Shown here piece by piece: positions 35,031 through 45,263 of a stretch of DNA of 64,000 bases. The position numbers and the translations under genes are program-made. The stretch's first letter is position 1. The number at the start of each line of letters is the position of its first letter. Source of the stretch: Cyanophora paradoxa CCMP329 (lineage: Eukaryota > Plantae > Glaucophyta); contig QPMI01000068.1 of NCBI GenBank assembly GCA_004431415.1, positions 1 through 64,000 of the forward strand, written 5' to 3'. The notes below the pieces were generated by a model. That model was not told the origin of the DNA. It was given only the letters and a program-made list of their open reading frames with translations, and ran no database searches.

Positions 35031-35794
35031 TAAGGACAAGCAGGGGGGCAAGCCCCCCCGCACCCCCCCATTTATTGAACTTGTATAATCTGCAATATCG
35101 ATATCAATGAATCGCAAATCTCGCAATTTCGCGAACGCGTACGTGAATCGCAGGGCTTCTCCAGTACTAGTCTCTGTGTGTGAAGTCTCTGTACATGTGT
35201 GAACGTGAATCGCGCCGCGGCACCATGAATTGTAATCGCGATATTCGCACTGCTGTCTCTGGTGGGCAGGTGCCACGCGTACGGTGCTTTATAATTTATT
35301 TTGCGCATGCGCTCTCATCGGAGCATGATTAGAATTAATAACTGCACGTGCACATGTTGGGCGCCGGCCTCGTCATCGATATATATCGTCACTATCGTGG
35401 CAGTCTGCGCATGCCAGGCATACTCGTGGCAAAAGAATAATCACGATCCTAGGGCTCACTGAGTCATGATCAGCTTCGTCTTCAAATTTCTACAGCCGCG
35501 CTACTTCGAATTCAGGGAAGCGGGCGCTTCGCTCAAAAACTAGATTACTAGCAGCACGCGCAGCCCGTTCACGTGCACAGATCTAGAAGGTCCGGTGCAG
35601 CATGCGCAGTTGCAGCACCCCTGTACATGTGTGTACGCGGTTGTTCAGCCAACGACAACTGCAAGCTGTAGCTGCTGTACAGCCCGTACTACGCCCGCGG
35701 TAGTACGCCCGCGGCCATATGCATGCATGAATGCAGCTGCAGCCTACAGGCTACAGCCTACAGGCTACAGCTTATACCAGTAATTACTCCGGTG

Positions 35795-35880
35795 CGCGTT
35801 TCCGTTACTTTCGGGTACTTGCCGGCGTTTCCGTTACTTTCCGTTAACGTTATCCGCCACCTTCCGTTACTTTCGGTTAT
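35795..35880. repeat. Short tandem motif ttccgttact/ttcggttat, about 6 copies
   Basis: Directly visible. Confidence 0.7.
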
Positions 35881-36610
35881 CCACCAGTGACCGCCACGGC
35901 GCCACAGTGTCCGCGCGCCACTAGCTATATATATATATAGGACTTTTCGTGCACGTCACCAGTGACACCACTGGGTGGCACTAGTACTGGGCCTACTACT
36001 GGCCAGCTTAAGGCCTTAAACTGTTCGGAACTTCTTCGAAGTCGCAATTCCGGTACCTTGTACCGGACTCCGGGAGCAACTTCCGATGATAACAATGAAC
36101 GTCATCGGGATATTGGACCGATTCGTACGGGGAATCGTACCGCATCGCGTCGCGATCGATTTCAACTTGGCAAAGTTGGCAACGACCGATCGGACGGATT
36201 CAGCTGGCCAGCTGGCCAGCGCCCGGGCGGCGCCGCTGCCGGCGCGCGCGGCGCCGGCCGCGTCGCCCGGTGCCAGCGCGCCGGCTGGACGGCGGGCGCG
36301 CGCGGGCGCCGGCTGTGCGGCTGGGCCGCCGGCCGGCGGCCGGTAGGGTTGCCGGCCCGGAGTTCCGGGGCACTGAAACTCCGTACGGAGTGCGGAGTTC
36401 CGGATCCGGATCCGGGTGGGTGGGCGGAACTCCGTACGGAGCGGAGGCCTCCATACAAAAACCCGGGTTCGAACCCTGCAGCGCCAGTCGCCCAGAAGGC
36501 CGGAGAGTCAGCAATCCGAGCGCTACAATTAGCGCCGAGCAGCAGGAGCGATCCGATCGAGTTGCCAGACGGCGAGAGGCTGCGAAACATGCACGGCCAG
36601 GGGGGGGTAC

Positions 36611-36908
36611 CACACATAGACAATGCCCGCGTTTTATCCCTCGGCTAAGTTTAATTATAATTTGTTTATATTTTACCTATATTTCTTGCATATTTAACGA
36701 TATTTATGTGTATTTTATCCTTTATTCTTGTCTTTTATGTGCGTATTTTATATATAATCCTAATCAAACCCTTACTTAAACTTAATTTACTCGTATCTCC
36801 GATGTATTTTACCTCTATCTCTCGTAATCATTTGTATTTGAGGTGGATTTTAAACTTAGATAAATTATATCACGCCTCCTGATAAAACGCGGGCATTGTC
36901 TATGTGTG
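36611..36908. repeat. Perfect 28-bp inverted repeat around an AT-rich core (MITE-like or PLV terminal structure)
   Basis: cacacatagacaatgcccgcgttttatc (36611-36638) and gataaaacgcgggcattgtctatgtgtg (36881-36908); no TSD seen. Confidence 0.85.
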
Positions 36909-37237
36909 ATATTACGCATTATCGTGTATAATGATATGGAAATAATATGTGTATGTATTGTGATTGAAAATATGTAAAATATGTAAAATGTATCAAAAGA
37001 AATATGTATGAAATTCTAACGGAATTCCGTCGAAAAATAATAAAATGTTCTTTTGGATATAATGCGAGGAGAATATGGAGCTGATATGGCGCCGCATTAT
37101 AACGTAAACAACTACAATGTGCTGCGTGGGAAGCGGAGTGTATATTATAAGAAAGATACTATATGATACTTGATGATATTATATGATTATTTATGACTGA
37201 TATTATGTTATTTTATTGGGTTCTTACTGAAAATGGT

Positions 37238-37334
37238 TAGTGTAACAGGTGTAACGGGTTCATCCCAAACTTTCCCCTAGGAGGAGGTCGGCGGCTTGGA
37301 ACTTTGGGGAGAACCTGTTACACCTGTTACACTA
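37238..37334. repeat. 32-bp imperfect inverted repeat with TGTAAC iterons
   Basis: tagtgtaacaggtgtaacgggttcatcccaaa versus tttggggagaacctgttacacctgttacacta. Confidence 0.85.
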
Positions 37335-37381
37335 CACTGAATCACAATTAATTAACCTGTTACATCTTCTTTTACCACTTA

Positions 37382-37783
37382 TTACCGTGTCGGAAATCTC
37401 GATACTTTATGTCTCTCCGTATGCGGAGATCCACCAAAGATACCTATTATCCTCTCTTCTATTAACGATGATATATTACATGTCTTTCGCTCCGCGTGCC
37501 TTCCGCAACTGAATATATCGATTGCTAACATGCCCTCGTCTGAGTAACAGTGTGCGGTGCAATGACTCTCATCTAATAGGAGAACTAATGTAAACCCAGG
37601 AGGTGAAAGACCACCATCGAAAATCTCGTAATGCTTGTGGACTACTCGTATACCTTGTTCTTGTATAATATCTTGTAAAAAATGCATTAACCATTTCGTT
37701 GTGGTCTCTAAGTTGTCCACTCCTGTAATTAGTGGACTCGAAAACTTGTGATCTAACATCACATGGAAGCCCCGATGGTTCAT
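37382..37783 (-). CDS. speD: S-adenosylmethionine decarboxylase proenzyme, small prokaryotic-type (pyruvoyl)
   Basis: GFHVMLD...PPGFTLVLLLDESHCTAHCYSDEGMLAIDIFSCG; ESH autocleavage motif. Confidence 0.88.
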   Translation of the reverse strand: MNHRGFHVMLDHKFSSPLITGVDNLETTTKWLMHFLQDIIQEQGIRVVHKHYEIFDGGLSPPGFTLVLLLDESHCTAHCYSDEGMLAIDIFSCGRHAERKTCNISSLIEERIIGIFGGSPHTERHKVSRFPTR

Positions 37784-37827
37784 TTGTGAATTATATAGAA
37801 AAATTAAATTACGGAAATAAGGTAAAG

Positions 37828-39228
37828 ATGCCGTCAGCACAGATAGGATTACGACCCATTCCTAAGATCGTAAAGAAGAGCATGAAAGAAGATCAGGGTA
37901 ACATGCTACCTATAACCATTCCGATAGAACAGAAAAACACACGAATTTTAAAGAAGTCTGAGATAGTTAAAGAACTGATCCCGGAGGCATTGCCTGCTGA
38001 GACTGTAACGAAAGAATCTAAGATTGCTAAGAAGTTTTACGATCCGCGCACCGGATACAAGGGTTTCGGAGCTATGAGGAAGGAGTTACCAGATGAAGAC
38101 TATAAGAAGATGAAAGAATGGTATGATAAACAGGAAGTTGTTCAGATCAACGCGCCGACCCTTTCAAGAAAGAGAGACCCGATGATACCAATTAGGCAGC
38201 CTCTCGATACCTACGTTATAGATCTTCTGTTTTTCCCGGCTTACAAGAAGCAGAATGACGGATACGATACGTTTATGTCGGCTATGGAATCAACGCTTAG
38301 AACAGGTTATATAATTCCGATGAGAGATAAGAGCGCTATTACGACTCTTGCCGCTTTCGAACAGCTACAAAAGAGAGTGCCACGACCTATTGCACGCGTC
38401 CAAAGTGATAGCGGTAGCGAATTTACGAATACTATGTTTACTAATTACCTTGCTAAGAAGTTCATCGACCATCAGATTAGCGATGTCGCAGATCATCGGA
38501 GTCAGGGTAGAATAGAAGCGTTTATCAGGCAGATCAAGCGGCTTATTACGAACTATTGCATAGCAAATAACACGGCGCGATTCTTTGATGTATTGGGTGA
38601 CATTGAGTATAATTATAACCATACTGTCCATTCAGCGACTAAGAGAAAACCCGCAGAAACCACAGATGAGCATTATAGAGAGATCATAGGTTTAGAAGAC
38701 GAGAAGTTTAAGAAGTCGATGGCTTACTTAGACGGTATTCAAAAGGGTATGTTTGTGCGGGTGAGAATAGAAAAGAACCCATTCGCTAAACAGGGTGTCA
38801 ATTGGTCGCGGATCGTTTATACTGTCGAGGGTAGGGAGGGTTTTAAGTTTCGGTTACGAAATCCGAATGGTGAAATGGTCGATGGGAGGTTTGCTTTCCA
38901 CGAACTGTTACCTATCAAAGGTGTAGAGTATCATGAGGCGCCCACAGGTGATGCATTAAAGCAAGCCAAAGAAGAAGCCCGGATAGATTCGGCGATACGA
39001 AAGGAAGGCATCGAAAAAGCGGATGATGTCCCAGAAGAACCGCTAACACAAGCCAGAACTAAGAAGAAAGGGAAGGCGGAGCGTGAAATTAAGAAATTGG
39101 TCATAGCAGGAACCCAGAAGCTATCAGAGGTCAACAGCCAGAGATGGTATACAGACTTCCAGACCTCAAAAGAGACATATACAGCACCTCAAACCCGGGT
39201 AAATCTAAGAAGCAGTTCACGAAAGTAG
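37828..39228 (+). CDS. PLV-B rve/DDE integrase
   Basis: YVIDLLF, QSDSGSEF, GRIEAFIRQIK, YNHTVHSAT. Confidence 0.92.
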   Translation: MPSAQIGLRPIPKIVKKSMKEDQGNMLPITIPIEQKNTRILKKSEIVKELIPEALPAETVTKESKIAKKFYDPRTGYKGFGAMRKELPDEDYKKMKEWYDKQEVVQINAPTLSRKRDPMIPIRQPLDTYVIDLLFFPAYKKQNDGYDTFMSAMESTLRTGYIIPMRDKSAITTLAAFEQLQKRVPRPIARVQSDSGSEFTNTMFTNYLAKKFIDHQISDVADHRSQGRIEAFIRQIKRLITNYCIANNTARFFDVLGDIEYNYNHTVHSATKRKPAETTDEHYREIIGLEDEKFKKSMAYLDGIQKGMFVRVRIEKNPFAKQGVNWSRIVYTVEGREGFKFRLRNPNGEMVDGRFAFHELLPIKGVEYHEAPTGDALKQAKEEARIDSAIRKEGIEKADDVPEEPLTQARTKKKGKAEREIKKLVIAGTQKLSEVNSQRWYTDFQTSKETYTAPQTRVNLRSSSRK

Positions 39229-39369
39229 CATTGATGTGTAGAGGATGCAAAGAGGATTCCGGCGATGGTCGCGGTTTTGCAAATGGATGAGTTGGTGAAG
39301 AGTTACAGCAGTTTGTATGAATTTTTGGGAATTTTGGGTTCCGGAACCCAAATTTAACTTCTCCCCCAT

Positions 39370-41789
39370 GATGGATACGAAGTGTACCCCCCCGGCGTGG
39401 GCACGCCTGCTCCTGGGCCATCCAGCCACTCGCCTTGGCGTCCTAGCACTGGTTCGTGCTCTCCCTCCTGTCCTCTTCCATCGTGCGCATGCGCCGCATC
39501 CGAATTCGGCATTCGTGCCTTTTACCTCGGCCGTTGTGCCAATCCCCTGCCCGTTGTGGCTACCTCTTTGTCATCTAGTGCCACGTCACCTAGCGACCTT
39601 CTTCACGCACCTCGCCCTTCGCCGGACTTCTCCGATTCGAACTTCCCGCCATCGGATGTGACGCTGACTGTCATACGTGCGGTGGCTTCTTGCGCAGTGC
39701 GCATTGTGCTCCACTACTCATGTCTCGTCAAGCCTCTCGCCGTGACGCGCGGGCGGATGCTCCGTCGGCCAGTATTTCCGTTATGGACCCGTTTGCGGGG
39801 GTCTCTGCAGACTCTGCCTCATCGGCTTCCGGCCCACGTCGCGGTCCTGCTGCTCCTCGCTTTCAGCTTCCCTCTGATGCCCCCGTCACTGGCGGCTGGC
39901 CGGTTTACATCACTTCCCCTGTCCCTCGGAAATATGGCACTTTTGCAGTCTGTCCTTTGGGCCGTGAGGCTCTTGTCGCCGCTCTCTCTCAGTTTACCTC
40001 CAGTGCAGCCCTTGATGTCGAGCTCATGTACTCTTTCACCCCTGTGTGGGGCGAGACTGCTGATGTCCGCCGTATCAAGTCCTTTGATCGTGAAACTTTC
40101 TTCAAATCTCGCAAGGGCTCGCTAGAGGCCCTCTGTCAGTTTCCTGCTTTTTCGGGCTCTTCTGTTACCGCTGAGCAGTCGTTGTCCCAGTCTGAGCCAT
40201 CTTGGATTCACCCCACGACTCAGGAAGCTTTTCCAACCAATCCTCGCCAATGTGATGTTTATCGCTTCCGCCTCCATCCAGCACTTCAGCTTGGTGCAAT
40301 TAATGCTCCTCTCGCCCAGCGCCGCACCATGAATACTTTTTTTGAATTTCTCCCTGAAACTCATGTAGTTTCTCGGAATGTCCGGCAAGCCCATAAAGAC
40401 GCCACTATCCGAGCACTTGATAATTTACCAGCAGCTATTATATCCACTTCGTTTGCTCCTTCCTCCAAAGGTTCTTGTCACTTCTTTTGGTATGAATTTG
40501 GCTATCAGCCTCCTACTTCTGCCATGTCAGAGGCAGATAGCTCTTTGAACCATGTCGGCTTATATTCGCGCGACGACTTTATCACTGAAATTCTTAGCTT
40601 CCAGCATGCTCTTCAGGAGCCGGAATCTATCTTCCTGTCCACTTCTGCGGCGTCGGCTCCCCGCTGGCACATCGATAAGACTCGGACTATCTCTCTTTCT
40701 GATACTCCCATTGACTTCGAAGCCAGCCCTGATGTTTGCCTTGTAGCGTTCCACCAGCCTATCAAGACCTTCCAGCACGTTGTGTCTGCTTCTCCAGACA
40801 GCCGCAGTTTTTCTGTCTTTTGTCGGCCTAACTTCGAATCCTGGGACTCTGTCTCCCCGAATCATCCTTTCAGCTGCCGCTTTAGTCTCCTTGTTCGTGT
40901 CCCTTCTACTCATCCCATTCATAAGGCAGCTATGAAGCAGTATTCTCCTCTTAAGAAGGATGATGGCTCTTCTGCTCGGCTAGTCTCTCTTGGTCTTGTG
41001 GGCACATCCGGTGGCATCAGTCGCTTCCATTTCAATAGCTTCAAACCGGAATTCTCTGCTCTCCAGTATTACATGTCTTTGGCTTCTACTCAGAAATGGT
41101 CTAGCCTCTCCGCTTTTTCCGCTCATTCTGAGGCAGATTGCCCTGTTCCGGCTGCCCAGGAATGCACAGACCTTAATCCTCCCTTTGATACTCCTTACTA
41201 CAGTCTTCGGGCAGCTGGTGATAAGCGTGTCTTGTACCACTTTCATCGAGATCCTGTTTTCTATTTCTTGAGCTCTACTACTCGTGAGGAGATCATTCGT
41301 TTCCATTCCATTCAGCGTGCTTTTGCCACTGCTCAGCAGATTACTCGTGAGTCCGCAGCAGCACAGGCTCAGGCCCAGTCTTCTGATGCTCCTGCTAGCA
41401 AGGGTACTCGTCTTTCTGATCCTGAGTCTAATAACTCTTCTGTTGGTATGGCAGATGCTGCTTTTAATGAGTAATCCTGAGTACTACATGACCGTATATT
41501 TTTCTTTGTCCCTGTGGGGCCTCCTGATACCCTCGGGCCGCCCGACAGGGAGCGGGCCGTCACGGGGATTCAGGCCCTTCCTATGTGGCGCCGTCGGGTG
41601 TCCACATAGGTTGGCTTTCCATTCTGCTGGCGCCCTGGGGGTGGTGGCCCAGGGTCCTGTATGCGGCTCCACTCACTCCCCATGCTAGTGGGTCCCTGAC
41701 GGGCCTTGCACGTCCCATTCGGGGCCTCTGCGGCTTTGTCATACCCAGTCTTGCTGGCATGGATGTGTCTACTGCATTTCTCTCTCTCT
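39370..41789 (+). mobile_element. 2.4-kb single-ORF insertion with a (TC)n 3' tail; candidate non-autonomous retroposon
   Basis: 12-bp direct repeat cttctcccccat at 39358-39369 and 41790-41801; C/T-rich composition unlike the surrounding PLV; ends tttctctctctct. Confidence 0.65.
39783..41474 (+). CDS. Hypothetical ~563-aa protein of the inserted element
   Basis: Long uninterrupted ORF; no RT, endonuclease or transposase motif recognised. Confidence 0.75.
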   Translation: MDPFAGVSADSASSASGPRRGPAAPRFQLPSDAPVTGGWPVYITSPVPRKYGTFAVCPLGREALVAALSQFTSSAALDVELMYSFTPVWGETADVRRIKSFDRETFFKSRKGSLEALCQFPAFSGSSVTAEQSLSQSEPSWIHPTTQEAFPTNPRQCDVYRFRLHPALQLGAINAPLAQRRTMNTFFEFLPETHVVSRNVRQAHKDATIRALDNLPAAIISTSFAPSSKGSCHFFWYEFGYQPPTSAMSEADSSLNHVGLYSRDDFITEILSFQHALQEPESIFLSTSAASAPRWHIDKTRTISLSDTPIDFEASPDVCLVAFHQPIKTFQHVVSASPDSRSFSVFCRPNFESWDSVSPNHPFSCRFSLLVRVPSTHPIHKAAMKQYSPLKKDDGSSARLVSLGLVGTSGGISRFHFNSFKPEFSALQYYMSLASTQKWSSLSAFSAHSEADCPVPAAQECTDLNPPFDTPYYSLRAAGDKRVLYHFHRDPVFYFLSSTTREEIIRFHSIQRAFATAQQITRESAAAQAQAQSSDAPASKGTRLSDPESNNSSVGMADAAFNE

Positions 41790-41876
41790 CTTCTCCCCCA
41801 TTGTAACCAAACTTCTCCCCCATTGTAACCAAACTTCTCCCCCCTTGTAACCAAACTTCTCCCCCCTTGTAACCAT
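41790..41876. repeat. 22-bp tandem repeat tgtaaccaaacttctccccc(a/c)t, about 4 copies
   Basis: Directly visible; a partial first unit remains at 39356-39369. Confidence 0.9.
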
Positions 41877-42042
41877 GTGTATATGTATACCATATATACA
41901 CGACATATATATACTATATATACCAAAACCTCCGTAATGCCGTTTGACCGAGAAAAAATGTTTGGCAAAATAATAAATAATATTATTATATATACATATA
42001 CATATATATAATCAAAAAATCGGAAAAAATTCCCTCTTTTTT

Positions 42043-43050
42043 CTATCGTATAAATGCGCCCGTTACATCGACTCTCATAGTCGGAGCATTTATATATACC
42101 AGCGGATAAATTCGAATATATCGTGTTCTTAGTGGAAAACCGATGTAGAAAACATCGTTTATTGCAAGCGGAAAGCCCCCGTTATATGATACATCGCCAG
42201 AGTTATTAGCATTATTTATATTCTCACATACAAACATTCTATTTACACCCTCATATTTGATAAATGACCATGTTATACCATCTTGCGATAGTTTTAATAA
42301 ACGCAGTTGTTATACCTGACCCATAAGCAATTATAGAAGCGACCTCAAATGTATATGGGAAGGCTATTTGCAAATATTCAGTAGGCGTTTCCCATATTCC
42401 GTTTATGGCGGATGCATTCGCTTCCCATCCAGTTAATGATGGGCGGGCTTTAAATGCCTCTTTTCCGAATTTTGCAGAAGAAGCGGTAAACGCATTATCC
42501 GATAGAAGATACCAATTAGCATCGATAGGAGGTATGTTATTAAGGGTGGAAGATACATAGGATCTTACAGGGTTTTTAATCTCATAGTTTGTTACAAGTA
42601 ACTCACAGAGTCGATTTATCATGGCGTCGTTTGCTTGTATATACGTTTCAGTCGCCGCGATCATGTCCGGAATCTTAGAGGTATCATCAAGAGAATTTAA
42701 GATATCTTTCGGGAGCGGCACAGAGATACGGTAGTATCGCGCATATCCTTGGTCATCATTATATGGTAAAAACTCTTGCATCTTTTCAAGAGCCGATAAT
42801 TCACTTGCAGCCATTAGCATATTGATTAATGGACTTCCTGAGGTGGAAGCAATCCATGATAGAATACCCCAGGTATTCACACTTTCGTAAGAGTAACCCA
42901 CATTTGGTGCGTCGGTTTCGTTAACCTCACCACATGATATGCTAATAACTATAATATCGTCATCGTTATCATATATCTTTTTTGCGTGACTATAACCACA
43001 AACACTTGGGTTATTGTTACCTGATATAGCACCATCTATTAAACACATCC
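42043..43050 (-). pseudogene. Patatin-like phospholipase C-terminal half fused to a discoidin (F5/8 type C) domain; 5' part missing, frameshift near 42280
   Basis: LIDGAISGNNNP, IIVISISCG, WGILSW, YYRI, LDD (patatin); AFTASS..GWEA..EYLQIAF and RTRYIRIYP..TMRVDVTG (discoidin). Confidence 0.8.
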
Positions 43051-43635
43051 CGCTCGCTGGGAGGTGAACCCCACTACTTGCGCGCCACCACTTTCAATAA
43101 GCACATTACCCATCATCAAAATTCTCAGTCACAAATTAATAAAATCGCTGTAATTCGCACTGAGTCACACTGTCTTTTTCAATACATTCACCCATCCTTA
43201 CTGAAACCAATCACAAAAACCTACATTTCATCTTCTCTCCGATCTCTTACCATTCTCAGTAAGCCCTAAACCCGTCTCCCGATCTCTCAGTAAGGACAGT
43301 AAGACCGAATTTTTACGAAATGTTCCCGATTGTTGCGGGACTGTTTTCAGTAATCCAAAAAGAAAACCGAGGTGAACCCCACTGAGAGAGTACAATGATA
43401 AAGTACCATGATAAAGTACGATTGAGTTCGCGAGTTTGTGCTGCCGAAAATGCCCACCTGCACAAACTCGCGAATTCGATCGTAATGTACGAATCGAAAT
43501 GTACGATTAGCATATTTACGACAAAGTACGACGATAGACCACGTTAAAATACACTCGCGCCCCGCCCACTATGCAAGATACATGCAAACTACATGCGATA
43601 TACATATATAAATTGTTTTTCTCTTCCTATAATAA

Positions 43636-44439
43636 ATGAAGACTCACTTTTACCATAAGTATGTCGGTAATAAATACAATGAAATGGATACAATCAATCC
43701 TTTTATCGATTTAGAAGGCATAAATAAAATAATAGAACCATTTTGTGGTTCAGGTGCATTTAGTTTCTATCTTTGGGAAAAGCATAAAGAACGTTTTGAT
43801 TACTTTATGAATGATAACGACGAAACACATATACTGTTCTTGAATACAATGAAAGACCCAAACAGTAAAGTAAAACTTTTAGATAGTCTTCAACAGTTCG
43901 AAGCAGTAAGCAATATAGAAGAGCATAAAGAAGTCTATAAGAAGTTTCTACAACATGATCGTAAAGATGTAATGGATTACTTAGCCCATCATTTCTATCT
44001 TCTTAAAAATAGCATTTTAAATGTTAAAACCCTCCGTCATTTCAAAAAACGAAACGCGAAGGTGAGTGCATATACAACTCTTAAAAAGAAGATACCATAC
44101 GATGATTTCCTACAAGATGTGAACTTATCTCTTGGGGATTATCGGGATATTGTGTTGAAATACAAAGATGATGATGATGCATTCATATTTCTTGATCCTC
44201 CATACGTTAATAGCAATAATGACTTTTATGAAAATGTAGAATTTGATATGGAAAAGTTCTTTTTGGATTTGGAAGACCTATTTAAGACAGCGAAATGCAA
44301 GGTTATGATGGTTGTAAATGATGCTCTTTTAATGAAACTCCTATTTAAACCCTATATTCGCCATACGTATGGCAAAGTGTATGGTATAACAAAACGAAAA
44401 AGGAACCATATCATAATGACTAACTATGAACTCGGCTAA
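43636..44439 (+). CDS. D12-class (Dam-like) N6-adenine DNA methyltransferase
   Basis: YVGNK, IEPFCGSG, NDND, FIFLDPPY. Confidence 0.92.
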   Translation: MKTHFYHKYVGNKYNEMDTINPFIDLEGINKIIEPFCGSGAFSFYLWEKHKERFDYFMNDNDETHILFLNTMKDPNSKVKLLDSLQQFEAVSNIEEHKEVYKKFLQHDRKDVMDYLAHHFYLLKNSILNVKTLRHFKKRNAKVSAYTTLKKKIPYDDFLQDVNLSLGDYRDIVLKYKDDDDAFIFLDPPYVNSNNDFYENVEFDMEKFFLDLEDLFKTAKCKVMMVVNDALLMKLLFKPYIRHTYGKVYGITKRKRNHIIMTNYELG

Positions 44440-44491
44440 CACGACCATGTAAGTATCATAGGGTCATTAAATATTTGTTTTATAATTAATA

Positions 44492-44884
44492 ATGGATTCC
44501 CAATACCGCGGCTATCACGTTATGCTCGACTATATAACTGACCCGTTCACCGAGTCCCCGGAGGCATGCGCCGAGTGGATCACAGCGAACCTGTCGCAAT
44601 ATATAACAGATCGCAAGATGCGCATCGTGCATCAGCACACATGCATTTTCGACGGCTCTATTTCCCCTCCCGGTTTCGCGATTGGCTTTCTATTAGATGA
44701 GTCACACGCCACAGCTCACTCTTATAGCGACCAGGGGCTATTGGCAATCGATATCTTTACATGCGGCTCAAATGCCGAAGCGAAGACAATGAGTATAGCA
44801 CGGGACATTAACGAACTCATACAGGAACGACTAAAAGTACGAAAGTGGGACTTACAGGTTGAGCAAAGGTTCCCAGTTTCATAA
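44492..44884 (+). CDS. speD: S-adenosylmethionine decarboxylase proenzyme
   Basis: GYHVMLD...PPGFAIGFLLDESHATAHSYSDQGLLAIDIFTCG. Confidence 0.88.
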   Translation: MDSQYRGYHVMLDYITDPFTESPEACAEWITANLSQYITDRKMRIVHQHTCIFDGSISPPGFAIGFLLDESHATAHSYSDQGLLAIDIFTCGSNAEAKTMSIARDINELIQERLKVRKWDLQVEQRFPVS

Positions 44885-44909
44885 AAAATGAAAAAAACGA
44901 CATATACAT

Positions 44910-45224
44910 TTAATGCTCCTTGATCGGAAACTTGCCCATTAGCGGGTGATCGAGACCCATGACATACCAGCATCGCATAACGGGATCCCAGCGGGCTCTC
45001 TCAGCCTTCGCTTGATCCTTAAATTCATAAGGAATATCGAGGTAAACCTTCACGTTTCTTTGATGCACTTGCTCATAGCTTAGAGTTTTGAACTGAGAGC
45101 ATAGGGGGTGATCTTTCTTCGTGACATACCAGCATGAATTCTCACGATCCCACTTTCCACCGAGGGATTTCGCAACGTCTTTTTTATCATAGGGAATGTC
45201 AACGAAATGCTTTTCACCCTCCAT
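44910..45224 (-). CDS. Tandem DUF5710-like domain protein
   Basis: Two repeats: VDIPYDKKDVAKSLGGKWD..CWYV and LDIPYEFKDQAKAERARWD..CWYV. Confidence 0.8.
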   Translation of the reverse strand: MEGEKHFVDIPYDKKDVAKSLGGKWDRENSCWYVTKKDHPLCSQFKTLSYEQVHQRNVKVYLDIPYEFKDQAKAERARWDPVMRCWYVMGLDHPLMGKFPIKEH

Positions 45225-45263
45225 CGCTTTTATATTTACCGGAGAAAATAATTTCGGGGTTTG

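Larger units (their letters stand above)
36601..43050. mobile_element. PLV-B: left part of a Polinton-like virus (SAM decarboxylase, integrase, patatin), interrupted by PLV-C
   Basis: Abrupt GC-to-AT switch at ~36610; integrase related to that of PLV-C; patatin truncated at 43050. Confidence 0.7.

Noticed and set aside
36460-36487. Second tRNA-like GGTTCGAACCC
   Set aside because: No cloverleaf can be folded
43636-44439. Bacterial contamination or a restriction-modification system
   Set aside because: No cognate nuclease gene adjacent; the MTase is embedded among PLV core genes
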